Of a stretch of 64,000 nt of DNA, positions 60,175 through 64,000 are shown in pieces (within the stretch, counting starts at the first letter, position 1; each line of letters starts with the position of its first letter). Source of the stretch: Heteronotia binoei (taxonomy: Eukaryota); NCBI RefSeq assembly GCF_032191835.1, contig NC_083223.1, positions 62,806,001-62,870,000 on the forward strand, written 5' to 3'. Made by a program: the position numbers and the translations under genes. The notes beneath the pieces were generated by a model. That model had not been told where the DNA came from, did no database searches, and saw only the letters and a list, made by a program, of their open reading frames with translations.

Positions 60175-60330
60175 GTCTTACCCTAGAGACTGACAAGGTT
60201 TTGAGAGTGAAAGCTTCCTTCATTTGACAGAAAGAGAGCTGCCTTTCATAAGCTTATACCCTGAAAATCGTGCTATTCTATAAGGTGCTACTGCTAGCTG
60301 TTCTACCACAGACCAATATGGCTACCCTCT
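60175..60330 (+). mobile_element. Penelope-like pLTR remnant (inverted plus direct piece) with decayed hammerhead motif
   Basis: ttgacagaaagagagctgcctttcataagcttataccctgaaaat...taaggtgctactg. Confidence 0.5.
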
Positions 60331-61504
60331 ATCTTCACAGAACTTGGAAACTTTAGGGGCAGCCTCTAATGCACTAAGAAGAAATGCAGTCAGAGAGACA
60401 GAAGAAAAAGAAAAGGCCTCTCATGGAAGTGCTTAGACAGCTGCATGGGGTGTATCAACAAACAGGTCAATGTGGAAACAGTTCTCTGAAGCTGGAATGC
60501 TTAAAAGCCAATGACCAAGGCTATCTTTGGAGTCTGGCCACTGAGTTTATTTATAGTTTTAGAAGATGGCTTTTAATGAAGGTCACTGTAAATGTTTGTT
60601 GTGTGAGTGTGTGGGGAGCGGGGGATAGCAGAAGACATGCCTCCATCACATCCCAGAGGTCAAAAATAAGTCTGGCCCACAGAACATAATTTGGTTGTAA
60701 AGACAAAAAACACAACTTTGACCATTTTTCTACCTTTGTCCCCACAGGGGAATGCAGAGGCAGTGGCAGCTTTTCTACCTTTACTTCCAAAGTGGCTCTA
60801 ATGCGAAGTTATTACAGAAAGACGAATAATTACATTTAATTTCCAAAGTAGCAAAACACAGCAGAGTAATTGAATTTGGCCAAGAAGTGCAATGCAAAGG
60901 TCATCATCAACTCTGCCAGATTTAATGCATTTATTAAAATTCTTCTATTTCGCTATCCAAGAAAAAGTATTCAAGGCAGTTCATGACCAAACAAAACAAA
61001 TTAAGCAAAAAATGTAAAAAAATTGAAAAATATGAAAAGTACATAGCAAGATTCAAATTAGCTATAAAACTTAATTGAGAACTACAGCCACAACTACACA
61101 TTAAATATTAAATGCCAAGATAGTATTTTCCTGGCAGCTGAAGACCAATAAAGTCACCAAATGGAACTTCCATGACAAAAGAATCCCATAAATTTGTTGC
61201 CACTGCATCATGGATTTTGAGGGGGGCGGGGGGGGAGATACACAAGATTCCTGGTGGGGAGGAGCTTAAGATAGGTAGGCCTACATAAAAGATAACCTCT
61301 AATGTATCCAGGCCCCAGATCACCGAGAGCTTTAGAAGTCAATCCCACACTTTGAATTACCCCTAGAAACCAACTGAAAACCAGTGAAAATGTTGCAGAG
61401 CTAGTTGTTATACACTCCAGTCCACTGTGGCAACAACATTTTGAAGCAAATGTTTTTGAATGGCAACTCCTTTGAAATCCAGCAATGCTGATTCTGTGAA
61501 CTTA

Positions 61505-61792
61505 GCCAGATCATGGGAAGGAGGGCAGGAAGGATTGCATAAGTGCTTAGTTCTTGTGGCCCATTCTTACATGTCCAGGGGAATGCTGATCACTACTTTG
61601 GGATCAGGCAGCGATTTTTCTCCAGGCCAGTTTGGCCAGGGATCCAGGAGGGTTGGGGGGGTTTTTTGCCATCTTCTGGGCATGGAGCAGGGGTCATGGG
61701 ATATGTGTGGAGGGTATTTGTGAATTTCCTGCATTGTGCAGGGGGTTGGACTAGATGACCATGCAGATCCCTTCCAACTCTATGATTCTATT
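61505..61792 (+). mobile_element. CR1 3' end
   Basis: ggggttggactagatgacc...cccttccaactctatgattctat, the canonical CR1 terminal motif. Confidence 0.88.
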
Positions 61793-62047
61793 TTAAAAAC
61801 TTTACTGTAATCTTATCCAGATGTAATTAGGTATGAATTGCCATGATCAGACAGTCAGGAAAGGGCACTGGTAATGACCCAGATTAATACAATGAAACAT
61901 CCTTTTAGATAGACCATTCACTGGCACTTGGGAGCCCCAAGAGATCCCTTCACCTGTCACCTCTTCAGGGAAGAGTGGAAGACCATCCAATGCAAACTGT
62001 ACTCAGTTCCAGGATCACATAGATTGCCCAGCTGGGGGGGGGGGGTG

Positions 62048-62168
62048 TAGGGTTGCCAAGTCCAATTCCAGAAATATCTGGGGACTTTGGGGGTGGAGCC
62101 AGGAGCAAGGTTGTGACAAACACAATTGAACTGCAAAGGGAGTTCTGGCCATCACATTTCAAGGGACT
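62048..62168. mobile_element. Terminal fragment of the same hAT family as 39728 and 62600
   Basis: tagggttgccaagtccaattc... is the reverse complement of their right ends. Confidence 0.8.
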
Positions 62169-62564
62169 GACTATCAGAGCGCTCAAACACCACTTCAGAA
62201 TGTTAACTGCCTCCTGGGATTTGACAGAACAGTGAAAAAAACATTCCTTTGGAAACAACAAATCAGAGAAGAAGTTTAAACCCACCCCTTTTCTATTTAT
62301 GGTGCAGGCAGCTGAGAATTAACATAATAGGAATCTGGCAACAGACTGTACTAACTTTCTAGTTGCCCTCTGTTGGCAAAATAATTAATCTCTATCCTCC
62401 ATAATATTGCTGTGATTCACTTTCCACCTTACCACTCTCCAGTTCATCACCTTTGGATGGTGAAAGAATTGCCTTAAGAAACTACTTTATACAAGTCACG
62501 CAATTAGTCTAAGACATAAGTAGTCTACCTGGACTGACAACGGTTTTCCATGGCCTCATGCATA

Positions 62565-63575
62565 GAGAGGGCCCATTGCTCAGTGAAAGAGCATATACTT
62601 AGGCTTCCCAACCCTCCCGCTCTGGCGGGAGTCCCCTGGGTTTGCAGCCTCATCTCCCGGTCTTCAAGAAGTGGGAAGCGGGGGGGTGAGGGTGGAGGGG
62701 GGGGAGAACATACCTGTAGGCTTCATTATAGAGCTCCTGAGCCGTTTGTAAAATGTCTGCCCCTTTAAGGCTGGGCAGGGAGCAGGAAGGGCTTGGGAGA
62801 ACAGCCCCGCCCTTTCTTTTGCTTTCACTTTCACAGCAAGAGTTCTCTGGAAGAAGATCTGGTAAGTGTGTGTGTGTGTGTGAGAGAGGGAGGGGGCAGG
62901 GGATTCCCTGGTTTGGAGGCCCTCCCCCCTTTTAGAAAGCATGGGGGGGGGGGGAGGGAAATGTCTACTGGGCATTCTATTATTCCCTATGGAGAACGAT
63001 TCCCATAGGGAATAATAGGGAATTCATCCGTTGGTATTGGGGGCTCGGGGGGGGCTATTTTTTGAGGTAGAGGCACCAATTTTTTAGTATAACATCTAGT
63101 GCCTCTCCCCAAAATACCCCCCAAGTTTCAAAACGATTGGACCAGAGGGTCCAATTCTATGAGCCCCCAAAGATGGTGCCCCTATACTTCATTATTTCCT
63201 ATGGAAGAAAGGAATTTTAAAAGGTGTGCTGTCCCTTTAAATGTGATGGCCAGAACTCCCTTGGAGTTCAATTATGCTTGTCACATCCTTGTTCTTGGCT
63301 CCACCCCCAATGTCTCCTGGCTCCACCCCCAAAGTCTCCTGGCTCCACCCCCAAAGTCCCCAGATTTTTCTTTAATTGGACTTGGCAACCCTACATATAC
63401 TTGACATGCAGAAGGCCCCAGGTTAAATTCCCCAGCTTTTCCAGTTAAAAGGACTGAGTAGGCAGTGAAGTGAAAGACCTCTGCCAGATACTCTGGAGAG
63501 CTGCTTCCAGTATGAGTTGGCAGTACTTACTTTGATGCACCAAAAGTCTGATCCAATGCAAAGCAGCTTCATGTA
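62565..63575 (+). mobile_element. tRNA-derived SINE split by a hAT MITE (62565-62599 and 63394-63575)
   Basis: Head gcccattgctcagtgaaagagcatatact continues after the MITE as tgacatgcagaaggccccaggttaaattccc. Confidence 0.8.
62600..63393. mobile_element. Non-autonomous hAT element
   Basis: Ends taggcttccca / tggcaacccta. Perfect 8-bp TSD catatact. Confidence 0.92.
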
Positions 63576-64000
63576 TCCATGTGATATTCTAGAGCCCAAT
63601 ATTAAGAGGGTGTCTGGAGCACCAGTTCAAGGAGTCACTCTCTGCTCATCAGGCAATGTCAGTTGTTCGGTGGTGACTTGCCCTTAAAGGGCTCACAATC
63701 AGAGGAGAAGCAGGCATGAGCCAGGGGCGGAGAAACAAGAAAATGTGCAGGCCATGCAACTTCCCACAGGATGTGGATTTCCAAAGGGGCTGGCCTCAGG
63801 ATGGGAAGATCATGAGGAGGCAGATCTTTTTACAAGGCAAAGGAAAATAAGCCAAGGAGAACACATTGGCTCTTGTTCCTCAGGTTGAAAGAAACAAGAA
63901 GAAGAACAAGGGTGAAGAAAACCACCTTCCCTCTCAGTCTGAGGCCTGTGGGAGAATACACAGTGCTCCCGGATCTGTTAGATTCACGAAAGGCTTTTAC

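Overview
Vertebrate intronic DNA. The repeat repertoire (BovB, CR1, young L2, 5S- and tRNA-derived SINEs, many hAT MITEs) points to a squamate reptile, probably a gecko; this is inference. The whole window lies inside a FACIT collagen gene on the minus strand, recognised as COL21A1. Eleven coding exons with AG/GT boundaries, including a 9-nt microexon, join in frame: FDVQKLRIYCDPEQNNRETACEIPGF|NGE|CLNGPSDVGSTPAPCICPPGKQGPPGSK|GDPGQPGNHGFPGEPGPDGKP|GYQGVPGTPGIPGSPGIQ|GPRGFPGMKGEPGADGKK|GERGLPGFPGLHGMPASK|GDRGPKGDQGPPGIYGKK|GAKGEKGEAGFPGMPGRP|[18 protein letters not shown]|GEAGLPGSAGPEGRRGDP. The introns hold two decayed Ngaro-type tyrosine-recombinase retrotransposons (3541-8942 and 41561-55623), each with gag, an RT-deleted pol/RNase H, YR and an extra SGNH-hydrolase ORF. 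The second one contains a full-length L2 with an intact 989-aa ORF2 and a near-full-length L1 with a 16-bp TSD. The best lead is in the hydrolase ORF. In both diverged Ngaro copies it lacks a start ATG and follows a strong splice acceptor at identical spacing and phase, and a phase-matched donor lies in the gag 5' region. This suggests a spliced Gag-N/SGNH fusion mRNA. No prokaryotic features, CRISPR arrays or genuine tRNA/rRNA genes were found. All comparisons were made by eye.
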